DNA from: Glycera tridactyla
Taxonomy: Eukaryota
Assembly: GCA_965644265.1 (NCBI GenBank)
Contig: OZ286465.1
Span: 100,254,001-100,318,000 of the forward strand
Length of the DNA stretch: 64,000 nucleotides
Direction of reading: 5' to 3'
Positions 61,938 to 64,000 of the stretch are shown here, in pieces. The notes below the pieces were generated by a model. That model did no database searches and had not been told where the DNA came from. It saw only the letters and a program-made list of their open reading frames with translations. How positions within the stretch are numbered: position 1 is the first letter of the stretch; each line of letters begins with the position of its first letter. Position numbers and translations under genes: made by a program.

Positions 61938-64000
61938 TATCATGATTTCCATCATGATTTTTAGCTCCCCCCCCCCCCCCTCCAACACACACAACCTCTA
62001 GATTTCTGGTCTGATTGCATATTATTTCTAAAATAGTTACAGAGTTGGAAAGTAGGCAGAGCTGGACAGTAGGCACCATTTCTCCCATCCAGGGTAATCC
62101 AGGATTGAAACTGAGTTGCCCAAACCATCACCTGATGTGTCATTTTGAAGGAAGCTAAGCTCACATTACTACAGCCTATTTCAAGGGTGAGAAGCTAAGG
62201 CGGTCTTTATAGGGGGGTTCAACTGTATTTGTCACTTGAATGCATTTGGATGCCACTGAATAATTATTAGCAAAAACAATGGATGCCACTTGAAGAGGTG
62301 AACCAAGTGTTGGCATCAACCAATCTTATGGAGAAACAGTTTGCAACAACGCCGCCTCAACCATAAAAAGCGGAGGCAAAAATAGACGGATCAACAGTAT
62401 CAAATTGTCCAATCCACAGGCAGATACCTGTGTCATGTGATTCTCCCCCAATTATGGGGTCGCTCGATCCAGCCGCAAGCTGTAACCATTAGTTGAAGAA
62501 ATTTTCAGGAGGAGAATCTGAAAGCTTCTCACCCTTGAAATAGGCTGTAGTAATGTGAGTTTAGATTCCTTCAGTTAGTTCAGAAAACATTGTCATATGA
62601 TCGTATTGATGGGGAGGAATCACGTGGTGTTGTGAGAATGTCCCCAAGGATTGGCGGGAGATCCAGTTGAGCTCATTGTGTAATACCGAGATGTTGTCGT
62701 GGAAAAAGGTGTGTTTTTGATACATCACACCATATTTTGAAGATAAACTTTGCCATTGTGAGAACGTAATAAAGCAGATGAATGAACCATACGATGAATT
62801 CTCTTCTGGTTGATGTTTGTAAAAGAAAGTCACATTAACTGGCAACAGTAGCCTTGAATTTAAAACAATCCCACATTGTGAGAGACAAAAATCACAATTA
62901 CCTGCTGTGACTATGTTAAATTGTAGCCATACATCACCACTAGCTTTTGATGCTGAGAAATACGTACGCATGCCGTAATTGAAAAATGCAATTTGCTTGT
63001 CTGATTCAGCCGTAACCTCTAAGCTGCCACATGGATGGACATCAATCACAATTGTTTCTTACAAGTATCTCACTTTGCTCAAGAACACAAAAAGATTGAT
63101 TTTTTTCAGATTTAGAAAAGCCATGTTGAGACCATACTCCAAAGTTATGCTAAGTTATGCCAAGGGCAAGGTCACATTCATACCTGATAGAAGTTCATCA
63201 ATACATCATGTTGCATCATAATGTGCAATTATGATTCTCTGCATGTCCTTGACAATACTGAAGGAGTTTTAGATCATGTAGCCCCAGGAAAAAGTAACTT
63301 TGTGCTTGACTTCTCCCACATCAAATAAGACAGAGTTTGAGACCAAGTATTTCCAGAAAGACCAGTTGTAGGACTGCTCTCGGAATTTCACCAAAAAGTG
63401 GTCTTAACAAAAGTTGGTCTCTCATCATGAACCAATCCCACTACATCAGATAGAAAATCTTCCAGAAGAGAAGTAATCTCCTGCCAGAGATGGTATATAA
63501 GTAGGGCTCTCTCACTGTTTCCCCTCTAGATAGAACCTCTAGCCCTTATTTCGTACTCATAGTAATTAAAGTAGCCTGAAATATGTGGTCGCCACGGAAT
63601 TAGGGTAATCATCAGGAAACTACAGAAATCCTCACGGAAATATCAGACAGTTGTCTTCAGCCTTTCTAAGAAAAGCTTATCAGGTTCTTCCACGAAATCA
63701 GACACAGTTACTCCAATATTCCTCCCAACAAGAGACAAAGCTGAATGTCACAGAAAAGGCAGTCTCTCATCAGAGAATGAATGTACTACTACAAGACCTC
63801 TCAATGAGAGACCACCTCTGATGGGAGACTACTTTTTAGGGGGGCTTCCCTATTCGACATAGTCAAATATACCTGTGATGAGAGACCACTATTTGGTGAC
63901 ATTTGGGGTGAACACTGGTCGCAGGAATCAATGTACAGTTGAACTTGTCCTGAACAATAAGCCATGGGATGTGATGACGCTGTGAGCTCAGAGCAAGTAC

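Overview
Eukaryotic (metazoan, probably marine invertebrate) genomic DNA. It is AT-rich, repeat-dense and has five N gaps; I see no CRISPR array, rRNA or intact tRNA gene. The only confidently identified long CDS is a 650-aa non-LTR reverse transcriptase (55977-57929, CR1/L2 group) that has an intact 3' end but no recognisable APE endonuclease upstream. Most of the rest looks like intronic or intergenic DNA. It carries about 15 TA-flanked Tc1/mariner-type MITEs (one nested inside another), a hAT MITE with an 8-bp TSD, a pogo-like derivative, four Penelope-like remnants, CR1/L2 fragments, a SINE-like family, a possible solo LTR, 61-bp and 155-bp tandem arrays and microsatellites. Splice signals suggest a large minus-strand host gene spanning nearly the whole window, arranged head-to-head with a plus-strand gene across a promoter with two GTCACGTGAC (CLEAR/E-box) palindromes at about 60.75 kb. 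The most notable unexplained signals are two minus-strand polypyrimidine-AG|GTGAGT junctions that look like recursive splice sites, a divergent pair of identical 14-bp CTCF motifs, and the endonuclease-less RT with a hairpin-rich upstream region. Gene models are inferred from splice motifs only and have low confidence.
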